64,000 nt of DNA from a virus (Duplodnaviria > Caudoviricetes), in the IMG/VR virus record IMGVR_UViG_3300014205_000170, positions 454,810 to 518,809 of that record, one strand, 5' to 3'. Under the pieces are notes generated by a model. That model was not told the origin of the DNA, made no database searches, and worked only from the letters and a program-made list of their open reading frames with translations. The translations under genes and the position numbers were made by a program. Positions 19,086 through 29,329 of the stretch are shown here, piece after piece (the stretch's first letter is position 1; each line of letters opens with the position of its first letter).

Positions 19086-20608
19086 TTTAAAACATTTAGA
19101 TAAAATTCAACTTCTTTACTTTCGTTTATTTTATCTACAAACGTATTAATTAATTTAATTGTATTGTCTGCGACTCCTCGTTTTTTGAGATTACTTAAAA
19201 GCGCTTCATTTTTCAAAATAGCTTTTGCTAATTCAATCCCTGGCGCACCAAAGGTACTTCTAACTAATAATATATTTATATACTGGGCAAATCTATGTTT
19301 ATCTAATAGAGTATTCCAAATAACCCCATGTACTTCCATTAATTTAAATGCAAATTTTCGCCCTTCCGGTCCTAAAGAAACTAAATCTATAATAAATTTT
19401 TGTATATTTTCATAACTAGTATTTTTATCTGATAGCCACTCATTTAACCAAGGCAACGATTTAATAACATTCAACCCTTCTTTTTTTAAATTTAAAGTGA
19501 TGTAAGAGTTTATCAAATCATCAAAATTGTTTTTTAAAAAAATACTTTTAATAAATTCCACATCAGTTAAAATTACATTTTTAAGTTCTTCTGTAGCTCC
19601 CATTTCTTTAAAAAACTCTTCAAAAAACAAATAACCTTTTTTATTAATAAGGCTTATTTTCTCTGGAAGACTTTTTAATATTTCCAATCCTTCTTCTTTT
19701 GTTACTAATTTATTATCAATTTTAAATGATGCATCTATTTGTCCAATTTTAGTAAAAAATTTTAATAATTCAGGATTTTCTCTAAAAAATTGTGTAACAT
19801 TAATTCGTTTATCGGTTGTATCCATAAACTGTCCAGTTTCAAAATGAAATTGCAATTTTTTCAATACAGCTTTATCGTTTTTAACGTTCTTATTTATAAG
19901 TATAAATAAAGGTCCTTGTTTGTGATAATATTCAAATCTATTATTATAATCATTTGAAGCTGTGCACCATTTTGTGCTTTTTCCATACAAACAAGCTGCT
20001 TGTTGAGTTTTTGGTATTATTATTTTCCAATTATCATCATTATAAACTTGTTCCGCTCCTTCTAATTTAATAAGTTTTTCTTTTTCAGAAGCACTCATTT
20101 CTTCTTCGGAATCATACTTAGAAACAACATTATATAAAGAACTTAAATCATTAAAAGAATTTATGTTTCTTTGATTAACATCTAATTTTTCTTTGTTCTT
20201 GTCAAACAATCTTAAAGCTTCAGGTATTTTATAAAAGTCTTCTTCTTCTAATTCTCCATTCAAGTAAATATTCATTATCCAATTTAGATATTGTTTATTT
20301 TCAGAAGGGTCTGATTGTTCAAGTTTATCAAATCGTTTTAATATCAATTGAATCCAAATATCTTTTGGTATTAATTTTCCATTTTTAAAAGCAGTGTCTT
20401 TTATAAAGTTTTTAATGAAATTATCTTTTTCTTTTTCAGCATCCCAAATTCCCTTCGAATAAAACTTAACAAAGCGGTCAAATTTCTTACCAGCTCTTTC
20501 TGTAAAATCCTTTTTTAAAAACTCTGTTCTAGCTGATTCTAATAAAGTATCACTTTTAATGCCAGACAAACGCATTAATTTATTTTTATATGCTTCGCTT
20601 AAATTCAT
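19082..20608 (-). CDS. putative virion-associated protein with ACLYGKSTKWC domain
   Basis: KQYLNWI, DINSF-like segment, ACxYGxxTKWCT, LQFHFETGQFMD; start moved to MNLSEAY. Confidence 0.65.
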   Translation of the reverse strand: MNLSEAYKNKLMRLSGIKSDTLLESARTEFLKKDFTERAGKKFDRFVKFYSKGIWDAEKEKDNFIKNFIKDTAFKNGKLIPKDIWIQLILKRFDKLEQSDPSENKQYLNWIMNIYLNGELEEEDFYKIPEALRLFDKNKEKLDVNQRNINSFNDLSSLYNVVSKYDSEEEMSASEKEKLIKLEGAEQVYNDDNWKIIIPKTQQAACLYGKSTKWCTASNDYNNRFEYYHKQGPLFILINKNVKNDKAVLKKLQFHFETGQFMDTTDKRINVTQFFRENPELLKFFTKIGQIDASFKIDNKLVTKEEGLEILKSLPEKISLINKKGYLFFEEFFKEMGATEELKNVILTDVEFIKSIFLKNNFDDLINSYITLNLKKEGLNVIKSLPWLNEWLSDKNTSYENIQKFIIDLVSLGPEGRKFAFKLMEVHGVIWNTLLDKHRFAQYINILLVRSTFGAPGIELAKAILKNEALLSNLKKRGVADNTIKLINTFVDKINESKEVEFYLNVLN

Positions 20609-20811
20609 TATTTTATTATATGGTTGGGGATTCAGAAAACCATTCATCATACTCACATTTTTCCGGCGAGTTATTGGTTTCGTGATTTATATTTTCATTC
20701 TCTTTAACTTGAGAATTTTCTTCATTATTTTTAGGCTCCTTATCCATAATATATAAATATGACTTTTTTGTTGAATTATGATTAAAAAAAATGTATATTT
20801 ACTAAATAATT

Positions 20812-21173
20812 GGGTTCGACCGGTTTTGACAGTGAGCGCAATTTAAAAATAAGCATGTAGTGTGTTGTGAATATGACACTTTAATCTTAACTCTCAAATT
20901 TTATCTGGCGAAACTTTCGCTATGGCTGCTTAATAAACTCAGTTTATTTCAGTCGTTGTAAGCCTTATAGCACTCTTGCTTCGCGATAAGTGTCTTGCAT
21001 TATAAAAGAGCAAGTTATTTTAGTGATGATATTAACTAAAATAATAAAAATATCTAAGTTGAAATTTGGTTTGATTTTATGCCTGGTTTTAATCGAAAAT
21101 TAAATAAATTCTAAACATGTAGAAGGTTTTTAAATTCCTTATTTGGACGAGGGTTCGAATCCCTCCGAATCCA
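20812..21173 (+). ncRNA. ssrA: tmRNA (one-piece), tag (A)GETFAMAA
   Basis: GGGTTCG/CGAATCC acceptor with G3.U70; ACCGGTTTTGAC 5' motif; tag ORF 20907-20933; 3' GGAC-GAGGG TTCGAAT CCCTC; no encoded CCA. Confidence 0.93.
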
Positions 21174-21184
21174 CAAATTGATTG

Positions 21185-21211
21185 AAAGTCAACTATTTAG
21201 TTGACTTTTCT
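21185..21211. terminator. bidirectional terminator between tmRNA and the fibre gene
   Basis: AAAGTCAACTA/TAGTTGACTTT hairpin. Confidence 0.7.
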
Positions 21212-23557
21212 TTATTCAAACGGTTCTATAATATGCCAACCTATTTTTGAAGTATCAGAGGCGCTATTAGAACCAATAATAAATGATGTTCCAGCTGTTC
21301 TTCCAGAGATGAAAGGAATTCCCATAAATCCACTACCATCTGGAATTTGTATTGATAACATAATAAGCGATGCGTTTGTTACTGCTGTTGTAGTAACTAC
21401 CACGAATCCAGATGCTAATGTAGCTAATCCGGCTGTTGGACTTGTACCGGTGAATGCAAAAGTTTTATTTCTAACATATAGGTTTGGTACATATACAGAA
21501 TCATCTGTTGATGCAGTAAGAGCCCTACCTCCAATTATAGCACTTCTATTTGTTGAAGATGGAATTACGTTATTTGCACCTCCTATGATTGTAGACCATG
21601 ACCCAGAAAGTGTATGTCCAGTTCCATTAACAATAGTAGAATGACGACCCTGTACAGTATTGTTAAAACCATTAATAATTGTTGAGCCTGTATTATTCGC
21701 TGTATTACCACTACCGTTACCAATTAATGAGAATAATCCTGAACTAGTATTGTTAAATCCATTTAAAACAGTAGAATAAGCAGAAGTACCGCTTGTAACG
21801 GAGTTATAAACTCCATTGTTTATGGTGGAAAAATTACCTGTAACAGAATTGGACCTACCATTTATAATAGCAGCATATGTTCCTGATGTTGTATTTCCAC
21901 TACCATTACCAATTAAACTTTTAGTTCCATTAGTAGTATTTTGTCTACCATTTAATATTGTAGAATAAAATGTTCCAGCCGAATTTGATATACCATTTTC
22001 AATGGTTGTATAAGAGCCAACAGTGGTATTGCCTGAACCATTTAAAATAACAGAACTTATTCCGGACGAACTATTTCTTCTACCATTTAAGGCTGCTGAA
22101 TAAGTTGATATACTTGAATTTAAAAAACCGTTTCCTACAAATGATTTACCACCAGTAGCTGTGTTTCCAGAACCATTTACAATAGTAGCATATGATGATG
22201 TTATTGCTGAATTATTTCTACCATTAACAACGGTAGACATTGTTTGATTTGCTAAATTTCTATAACCATTACCAACAAATGTTCTTGCAGCAGAAGCTGT
22301 ATTATAAACACCATTTATAATAGTAGCATAAGAACCGGTAGAAGCTGAATTTTTAAAACCATTACCAATAAATGCTCCAACAAAATTTGATTTATTTTGA
22401 TAACCATTTATAACAGTTGCATAATTATGTGTTAATGTTATGTTTCCAAATCCAGCACCAATAAATCCAGACCTAGAATCAGTTGTGTTTCCTGTACCTC
22501 CTCCTATAAATGCAGTAATACCTGATGAAGTGTTTTTTATACCACCAACAACAATAGAACCTAGCAAATGAGAAGTGTTTCCAGAACCACCTACAACTAC
22601 ACCATATGCATTGTTTACTGTATTTAATTTACCTGCACCAATAAATGAATATTGCGCAGTAATAGAATTCCCTTTACCATTAACAATAGCAGAGCTAAAT
22701 GCTCCGGTTGAAGCGGTGTTGGCATGTCCACCTACACTAGAGTGATTTCCATCTGCCACACTGTTATATCCATTTCCTATAAAAGAATAATTTCCTGATG
22801 CAATGTTTTTTTGTCCATTTACAATCGAAGAATAGTTTCCAGTAATAGCTGAATTTAATAACCCTCCTCCAACAAAAGAATGTTGTCCTGAAGCTAAATT
22901 TCCATTTCCTGCTCCTATAAATGTATAGTAATAAGAAGAACGATTATTAATACCAGCACCTACAAAAGCAGCATATCCAGAAGAATGATTTTGTTTACCT
23001 CCAACAATCGTAGAATAATCTGTTGTTGCGGAATTTTGATAACCATTTCCTATAATAGAATTACTACCATTAGCTAAGTTATATTGTCCGCCAACAACAA
23101 TAGCTCCTGTAGTTGTTGCAGAATTATAGTTACCATTAAGAATTGCTGTAAATTGTTGTGTTGCTTTATTACTGCTTCCATTTCCAATAAATGACCTAAT
23201 TCCATTTGCTTTATTTCCGTAACCTCCAACAACAGCAGCAAAATTACTTGTTGCTACGTTTTGGGCACCATTCCCAATAAAAGAATAAGTAGATGTTGTT
23301 GCAGAGTTGCCTTTACCTCCTACGATAGAAAAAATTCCAGTTGCTAAGTTTCCACTGTTGTTATTTGCTATAATGGAATCTGAACCAGTAGATGAACTCC
23401 ATAAACCTGCTGTAGTAGCACTTAAGGCATCTTGAATTAATACTCCTTGCAAAGCAGTTCCTCCAGAATTCATTTGTATGAATTGATTGGCAGATAAGCC
23501 ACCAAAATCATGGTCTGTAGACCCTGTAAATGGATGTTTTTGAAAGTGAGTACTCAT
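21212..23557 (-). CDS. Gly/Asn/Ser-rich beta-roll repeat protein, putative fibre or adhesin
   Basis: dozens of about 15-aa repeats of type S[FT]I[GV][GN]GxxNxAxG; upstream TATTTA motif. Confidence 0.75.
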   Translation of the reverse strand: MSTHFQKHPFTGSTDHDFGGLSANQFIQMNSGGTALQGVLIQDALSATTAGLWSSSTGSDSIIANNNSGNLATGIFSIVGGKGNSATTSTYSFIGNGAQNVATSNFAAVVGGYGNKANGIRSFIGNGSSNKATQQFTAILNGNYNSATTTGAIVVGGQYNLANGSNSIIGNGYQNSATTDYSTIVGGKQNHSSGYAAFVGAGINNRSSYYYTFIGAGNGNLASGQHSFVGGGLLNSAITGNYSSIVNGQKNIASGNYSFIGNGYNSVADGNHSSVGGHANTASTGAFSSAIVNGKGNSITAQYSFIGAGKLNTVNNAYGVVVGGSGNTSHLLGSIVVGGIKNTSSGITAFIGGGTGNTTDSRSGFIGAGFGNITLTHNYATVINGYQNKSNFVGAFIGNGFKNSASTGSYATIINGVYNTASAARTFVGNGYRNLANQTMSTVVNGRNNSAITSSYATIVNGSGNTATGGKSFVGNGFLNSSISTYSAALNGRRNSSSGISSVILNGSGNTTVGSYTTIENGISNSAGTFYSTILNGRQNTTNGTKSLIGNGSGNTTSGTYAAIINGRSNSVTGNFSTINNGVYNSVTSGTSAYSTVLNGFNNTSSGLFSLIGNGSGNTANNTGSTIINGFNNTVQGRHSTIVNGTGHTLSGSWSTIIGGANNVIPSSTNRSAIIGGRALTASTDDSVYVPNLYVRNKTFAFTGTSPTAGLATLASGFVVVTTTAVTNASLIMLSIQIPDGSGFMGIPFISGRTAGTSFIIGSNSASDTSKIGWHIIEPFE

Positions 23558-23655
23558 TTTCTTTTAATTCAAAGTTTTTATTATAAGTAAATAGGTTTCT
23601 TTTTAAGTTTTATGGCTAAACTTTTCTTTTTTGTATAATCAGATATATTTACATT

Positions 23656-24039
23656 ATGAAAACAATGACAACAAAAAAAGATTCAATATCATTTAAAAAG
23701 GAAAAAAAAGGCACTTTTTGTATTTTCAAAGATGAAAACTTTGCTCACCTCATGGCTATGAGCTTTACTTTCCATTCAAAATATATGGAAATCGTATCAG
23801 AACAAAAGGGGCAAACAATGCAAGAAAGCCCTAAATTTTTAAAATTAATGCAAGACCTTTCTGTTGCAAATGAGAAAATTAGTATAAGACAAAGTGAATT
23901 AAAACTTTTGAATGAATGGGTAAAATGTATAACCGAAATTATCATAGAGCTTCCAACAGCTAATTTAAAAGATAAAAATTTGAAAAAATTTTTTAGATTA
24001 TCTCAAGATTTCGTAAAAAAAACAAACGAGGTACTGTAA
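23656..24039 (+). CDS. hypothetical protein
   Basis: 127-aa ORF. Confidence 0.6.
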   Translation: MKTMTTKKDSISFKKEKKGTFCIFKDENFAHLMAMSFTFHSKYMEIVSEQKGQTMQESPKFLKLMQDLSVANEKISIRQSELKLLNEWVKCITEIIIELPTANLKDKNLKKFFRLSQDFVKKTNEVL

Positions 24040-24231
24040 AATTCTAAAAATATAAATTATGGCTAAGAAAAATAAGAAAACTAAAACACCTATAATTTGT
24101 ATTGATTGCTTAAAACACAGTGGATTTTTTCAAGAAGATTTTATTTATAGTGTAGTTAATCATCCAAAACATTGTCAACATTGCAATGAAATAGTTTTAG
24201 AGAAGCCTAATTTTGGGAAGCCAATTTATAA

Positions 24232-24729
24232 CTAATTAAATTCTTTCATTTTTATTGTCATGGTGTGTGGAGCGGTTTTGTTACCTCCAAAATAAGGAAA
24301 TAATTTATATCCCCACTTACAACATTTAGCTTTAGCAATATTTGCTAGACTAATTATTTTACCATCATAATTTGTAATTTTAAATTCAAAATATACATCA
24401 TATGTATTTATTTCAAAAATGAAAATTTTATTTATTGGTATAATTGCTATTCTTCTAGAATATCTAATTCCTAATTTATAACAATAAGCATATATGGCAA
24501 TTTGACCTTCCTCAACATTCCAGCCAAATCTGGCAGAATTTTTATGATGAAATCCAAATGATATTCCAAAAAGTTTATTAATATCAAAATCATCAACATC
24601 ATTAAATTTATACAGACAACTATCGGTGAATAAAACTTGGTACTTAAGATTCTTTAAACCAAAATGAATGTTTGGATAAAATCCAGACCTGTGATTTCCT
24701 TTTTTTATTAAAAAGCTTTTCAAATCCAT
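24232..24729 (-). CDS. phage protein, predicted beta-sandwich
   Basis: DINKLFGISFG.HHKNSARFGW, LFPYFGGNKTAPH. Confidence 0.6.
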   Translation of the reverse strand: MDLKSFLIKKGNHRSGFYPNIHFGLKNLKYQVLFTDSCLYKFNDVDDFDINKLFGISFGFHHKNSARFGWNVEEGQIAIYAYCYKLGIRYSRRIAIIPINKIFIFEINTYDVYFEFKITNYDGKIISLANIAKAKCCKWGYKLFPYFGGNKTAPHTMTIKMKEFN

Positions 24730-24753
24730 TATGAAATAAATATCACATTAAAA

Positions 24754-24784
24754 TTTGTTTTAAGGCTTTTTTTGACTACATTTG
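24754..24784 (+). promoter_or_regulatory. Bacteroidota sigmaA promoter TTTG-N19-TACATTTG
   Basis: canonical boxes and spacing; followed by a GTAAC...CGTTT element. Confidence 0.7.
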
Positions 24785-24832
24785 TTTTGTAACAAATCGT
24801 TAAATTCAACGTTTAAATAATAAAATCTCAAC

Positions 24833-25108
24833 ATGAAAACAACCTCTATCGTTATTGCATTAACAATTGCAGTGATTCTTGCATTTTGTACAATATTCTA
24901 TTTTGTACACCCCGTATTAGTTTTAACATTAAAAGATATTTTAACAATTATATTGTTAGATGCAATAATTGCATTTTGTCTTGCTTCGTATTTAAGCGAT
25001 AACCATATGTGGTTGATAGTTTGGACCATTATCGGTGCAATTTGTCCTCCTGTTTCAATAATCGCAGCGGTTATTAAATACAATAAATCGAAAGCAAAAA
25101 CAATATGA
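24833..25108 (+). CDS. membrane protein
   Basis: three hydrophobic helices. Confidence 0.55.
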   Translation: MKTTSIVIALTIAVILAFCTIFYFVHPVLVLTLKDILTIILLDAIIAFCLASYLSDNHMWLIVWTIIGAICPPVSIIAAVIKYNKSKAKTI

Positions 25109-25659
25109 AAGTAATTTATGCTTCTGAGAAGTTAACTTCTTCTAAGTTCTCAATTTTTTTAGCTGGGCCAACTCCCAGAAAAGCTTCTGTAAAATCTTGG
25201 AGACCAGAGTTTATAAAAGCATTAGAAAAGAAAGGATTTAAAAGTACCGCTTATGCTCCGGAAAACCGTGTAAAAGGCAGTCCATATGATTTTGAAACAC
25301 AAATATCTTGGGAAGTAAAAGGTTTAAATAAAGCAGATTTGGTGGTTTTTTGGATACCGCGTAATTTAGAAACCATGCCAGCATTTACAACCAACATAGA
25401 GTTTGGTGAATTTATGCATTCAAATAAACTTGTTGTTGGTTTCCCTTTAGATGCTCCAAACAATCGTTATATTGGTAAGCGATGTCAAATGCATAAAGTT
25501 CCTTTATTTCATTCAATTGATGAAATGGTTGAATATATTTGTAATGAAGAACATAAAAAACTTAACCCTTGCAAAAAATGTCATGGTTTGGGTGAAACAG
25601 ATAGTAACGGAAGAGCTTATAAATGCATTAAATGTAATGGAGTTGGCTATTTGAAATAA
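25105..25659 (+). CDS. nucleoside 2-deoxyribosyltransferase-like protein with C-terminal CxxCxGxG zinc finger
   Basis: SIFLAGPTPR..SWR, QISWE, VVFWIPR, TTNIEFG. Confidence 0.8.
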   Translation: MKVIYASEKLTSSKFSIFLAGPTPRKASVKSWRPEFIKALEKKGFKSTAYAPENRVKGSPYDFETQISWEVKGLNKADLVVFWIPRNLETMPAFTTNIEFGEFMHSNKLVVGFPLDAPNNRYIGKRCQMHKVPLFHSIDEMVEYICNEEHKKLNPCKKCHGLGETDSNGRAYKCIKCNGVGYLK

Positions 25660-25660
25660 C

Positions 25661-26158
25661 ATGAATAAAAAAATAGAAATAAAAATTCTAGCGGTATCAG
25701 GCCAATCGTTATTAACTAAATTCATGCAAGCAGCTGATGTGTTTGAAGACAGTAAAGTTCTTGGCACTCCAAAAATTTTAATTGTGAAATACAAAGCCGG
25801 AGAAAAAATTTCCACAAAAAGAGCTGCTGATTTAATTAACTTTATAAAACAATCTTTAGAAAAAAATGAGGAGATTGTATCTTTTATTCATATTCTTGAA
25901 ATACAAGAAGGAAAAAAAATACGAAAAAATAAAGGAGAACTTGCACCTTTTGTGAACAAAGATGTACGTTGTATTTCAGATGGGAAAAAGTGGGGCTTAC
26001 TTTCGAAATACATTGAACTGAATACAAATTTAAAAGTTATTACTGATGAAAATATGTTCATTACTTCTGTTGGATTTCATTTGAATGATTTAAAATTAGA
26101 AACATCAAAGATTTATTCAGAAGATTTAACAAAAAATAAGTTTTACATTAATAAATAA
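25661..26158 (+). CDS. hypothetical protein
   Basis: 165-aa ORF. Confidence 0.6.
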   Translation: MNKKIEIKILAVSGQSLLTKFMQAADVFEDSKVLGTPKILIVKYKAGEKISTKRAADLINFIKQSLEKNEEIVSFIHILEIQEGKKIRKNKGELAPFVNKDVRCISDGKKWGLLSKYIELNTNLKVITDENMFITSVGFHLNDLKLETSKIYSEDLTKNKFYINK

Positions 26159-26187
26159 TTTGCGTATATTTACAAAAAACAATTATT

Positions 26188-26550
26188 ATGAAATAGATTA
26201 ATAAACTTTACATTATTACAAGGCGCGACTTAAATCCTGGAAGTCAAGCAGTTCAATCCATTCATTCGTTGCATGAATTCGAAAAGCAACAAAAATCACA
26301 TTACGAACTCTGGTATCACAATTCTAAAACGATAGTATTTCTATCTGTTGAATCTATTGCTGAACTAGAAAAATTAAGAGAAAATCTTCTTGGTAATAAA
26401 ATACCCTTTGCTGGCTTTAGAGAACCTGATTTAAACAATCAACTTACATCTTTATGTATCATCTCAACCAACAAAACAAAACAGCTGTGTAAAAACCTAC
26501 CATTAGCTTTATCTGAATTTTCTTTAAAAGAAAGGGGGGCACATGTTTGA
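26188..26550 (+). CDS. peptidyl-tRNA hydrolase PTH2-like protein with an in-frame TAG at codon 3
   Basis: MK*INKLYIITRRDLNPGSQAVQSIHS...TIVFLSV...FREPDLNNQLTSL; the ORF-track start at 26269 omits the conserved N-terminal strand. Confidence 0.75.
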
Positions 26551-27172
26551 ATATGTGGCTTATAAATTAGGGGGGACCATTCCTTATCCGGTTACGAAAA
26601 TTATCTGGAGAGATAAAGAACAATTGGTTTTTTTTGATGGTCAATTTTACAATATAGATGAATGTATTCTTTGTGCTGATACCGGCTTAACTATAAAAGG
26701 AAAGCGCATTTATGAAGGAGATATTCTTCAATTAGATATCCCAGATTCTTCTTGTTATTGTAAAGGGAAAATTGGTATTGTTTTTTTTCATCGTGGTCAA
26801 TTTTGTTGGGAAGCAGTAGATGGTTGGAGAACCTATTCTTTATATGGAAAAAACTGGAAAAAATTAGGTAATATTGCATGTGACGTTGAACGAATTTTTA
26901 CTCTTGAACAAAGAGGCAATTCATTAATAAGGAAAGTTGCTGAGAAAAAAAAGGGCGCTTATTATGGAGTTCTATTGGAAAAAACTCTAAAACAATTTAA
27001 ACCTACACAAGGAGAAGAAATAAGCGATTTAGAAGTGCAGTCAAAAAAAGCACAAAAAAAATTACTCTTTGAATATGCCAATTATTTAAAGATTAAAAAG
27101 CTAATTGAGGGTAATAAAATTTATCCAGATATTGTGGAAAAAAATCTTACATTTGTAACAGATTCTGAATAA
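26543..27172 (+). CDS. YopX-like protein
   Basis: DTGLTIKGKRIYEGDIL...GIVFF..GQF...LGNI. Confidence 0.65.
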   Translation: MFEYVAYKLGGTIPYPVTKIIWRDKEQLVFFDGQFYNIDECILCADTGLTIKGKRIYEGDILQLDIPDSSCYCKGKIGIVFFHRGQFCWEAVDGWRTYSLYGKNWKKLGNIACDVERIFTLEQRGNSLIRKVAEKKKGAYYGVLLEKTLKQFKPTQGEEISDLEVQSKKAQKKLLFEYANYLKIKKLIEGNKIYPDIVEKNLTFVTDSE

Positions 27173-27188
27173 AATCGTTTAATATTAC

Positions 27189-28532
27189 ATGGGTAATGCT
27201 AAATATACAAATGAACAAATTGAAGAAGAAAAGTATCGTCAAAAACTTATTGAGTCGATGCCTAAACTTCCCACAAATGGTCAATTATATCTATCTCTTC
27301 CAAAAACATTAAGACAATTATCAAAAGAAAATTACACTATTTCAGATGCAGCCAAATGCAGTAAAGAACTAAAATCGCTCATTAATCCTTTGTTGATTCA
27401 GGGAACTAATGGTCAATTTTGTGTAAAAGATAAAACTGAAAGAGAAAAAATCACAATAGCTCTTGCACATTTAGATAAGATTAAAAGTCACAGAATGATG
27501 GAGGAATATTATGAAAGTATTTCCAAAATCCTAACTATGAATTTGTTTTGGATTCAAGAAATCACTACATGGGAATGGAAAAGTAGAAATACTTACAAAC
27601 AATTAAAATCTCTTGTAGAACATTTGTTTTGTGAGTATGAAGTTCCGGAATTTTTATTTCAATCATGGACAGACAAAACACACAATTATAAACATGTGGA
27701 TTGGTTTTTACATATTGCCTCTGGTTTAAGTGCTAAAAAATTATATCAATTTCCAATTAAGGCTACAAATAAGATGTTGCACGAATTTATTAATACACCA
27801 TTTCCTGGATATTCAATAGATGATGCAGTAAGACGCGCTCAAGTAATCGGGTTAGGAGGAGATGAAAGATTAGCTAATGCTATTTTAATGTCTCGCTTAC
27901 GACATAACTTTCAAAATAATGAATTTTGGACAACTGTAATTCACTTTTTTATTGGTATACCAATGTTGAATATTGATGAAGTTGGAACTATTATTGATTT
28001 TATAAATGAAAAGAAGTTTGTTGCCAAACATGTAATTGTTAATGGAAAAAGGTTATATCAACCCGAAATGCCAAATTTTACAATAAAAGGAAGAAATATT
28101 CAAACTTTAATAGATGACACTCATGCTTGGCACCGCGAACTTAGAAAGCATAATAAAGCAGATATGTCTGCAGAATGGCTAGGAACCGGCATGGAACCAT
28201 TTGTCCTTGAAGAAGGAATTAAGGATAAGAAAAGCTTTAAACTTTATGAAGTAGTTGAAATAACTTCTGCAAAAGAACTTCATAAAGAAGGCTCTACTAT
28301 GCATCATTGTGTTTTTTCTTATCTTAGTTCTTGCATTAAAGGAACATGTTTTATTTTTTCTTTAAGATTATTTGGAGCCAGTTTAGTAACAATAGAGGTT
28401 AGAGAAAATAGAGCTGTTCAAATTCGAGGAGAATATAATAAAAGACCTGACCAAAAAGCATTAAGTATTATAAATGCATGGGCTAACAAAGAAAACATAC
28501 AAATTACTAGCTATGCAATAGGTGGTAGATAA
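27189..28532 (+). CDS. PcfJ domain protein
   Basis: HLFCEYEVPEFL, FTIKGR, ELHKEGSTMHHCVFSY, VTIEV..QIRGEYN. Confidence 0.8.
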   Translation: MGNAKYTNEQIEEEKYRQKLIESMPKLPTNGQLYLSLPKTLRQLSKENYTISDAAKCSKELKSLINPLLIQGTNGQFCVKDKTEREKITIALAHLDKIKSHRMMEEYYESISKILTMNLFWIQEITTWEWKSRNTYKQLKSLVEHLFCEYEVPEFLFQSWTDKTHNYKHVDWFLHIASGLSAKKLYQFPIKATNKMLHEFINTPFPGYSIDDAVRRAQVIGLGGDERLANAILMSRLRHNFQNNEFWTTVIHFFIGIPMLNIDEVGTIIDFINEKKFVAKHVIVNGKRLYQPEMPNFTIKGRNIQTLIDDTHAWHRELRKHNKADMSAEWLGTGMEPFVLEEGIKDKKSFKLYEVVEITSAKELHKEGSTMHHCVFSYLSSCIKGTCFIFSLRLFGASLVTIEVRENRAVQIRGEYNKRPDQKALSIINAWANKENIQITSYAIGGR

Positions 28533-28535
28533 AAT

Positions 28536-28602
28536 GCCCCACATGGTGCGTTATGGGTGCCCTAACATCTAATGACGGTCGGTTCGAACCCGACATGGGG
28601 CA
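28536..28602 (+). ncRNA. tRNA-like RNA lacking a D-stem
   Basis: GCCCCA/TGGGGC acceptor-like stem; perfect T-arm GTCGG TTCGAAC CCGAC; one central long stem with loop CCCTAA. Confidence 0.6.
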
Positions 28603-28837
28603 CAAATAAAAAATAATTTAAAATAAAATTAAACGCACTCATCTCATATTAAAACACAGAACCATTGAGTGTGTTGTTCGTCATAATGAAGATTCTGGAA
28701 CTTTAGCCAATCTTGTACAAAAATCATGTGTAGAAATTTTAGAATCAGGATATAGCATTTGTGGAATCACCAAAAGTCACAAAAATAATGATGTAGTTGA
28801 GGTTTACATTATTTATGAAGTTGTAATAAGAAAGGTT

Positions 28838-29044
28838 ATGTTTGAAAAATTTGATGAAGATTCTTTTTATTCTAACGAAGAAATGGAAAATCAAATGAGA
28901 CAATATATTCGAAGAGTAGAAGATTTAAAAAGAAATAGAATACCGGAAGAAAAATTATTTAAAGGAATTTACGCTTCCACTTCCTTATTTTCCATTTCAG
29001 CCTTAAAACAACGGCATCTAAAAAATGTCGATAACCCACTCTAG
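28838..29044 (+). CDS. hypothetical protein
   Basis: 68-aa ORF; 3' end overlaps the convergent gene. Confidence 0.35.
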   Translation: MFEKFDEDSFYSNEEMENQMRQYIRRVEDLKRNRIPEEKLFKGIYASTSLFSISALKQRHLKNVDNPL

Positions 29045-29237
29045 CATGTCGTAGGTCTTTAATTAGTTCATTTCTTTTACCCTTTAGAGCTAAGGCCATT
29101 TCGTACTCTTCAAACTCAACACAACTACTAATCCACTTTTTCAAGAGTTCTAAACGAAGAGCAGCACTTAATTCTTTGGATTCAACTTGGTATCGTAATA
29201 ATATATATTTTACCTTGTTTTTGGCTAGATTTTTCAT
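28959..29237 (-). CDS. hypothetical protein with UVR-like EEYEMA motif
   Basis: start moved to MKNLAK, downstream of a TATTTA motif. Confidence 0.55.
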   Translation of the reverse strand: MKNLAKNKVKYILLRYQVESKELSAALRLELLKKWISSCVEFEEYEMALALKGKRNELIKDLRHARVGYRHFLDAVVLRLKWKIRKWKRKFL

Positions 29238-29329
29238 AGCGCCTCCTTTTATAATAAATAGTGTGTTTTTATGCAAAAAAATTAACTGGGGCGTTGTTTA
29301 TGATGAACGAGTTTGTTATATTTGTTTAA

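Noticed and set aside
21201-21644. 147-aa plus-strand ORF and similar antisense ORFs (941, 1603, 2785, 19164, 25251, 43103, 62097 and others)
   Set aside because: Shadow frames opposite well-supported genes, with no motifs of their own.
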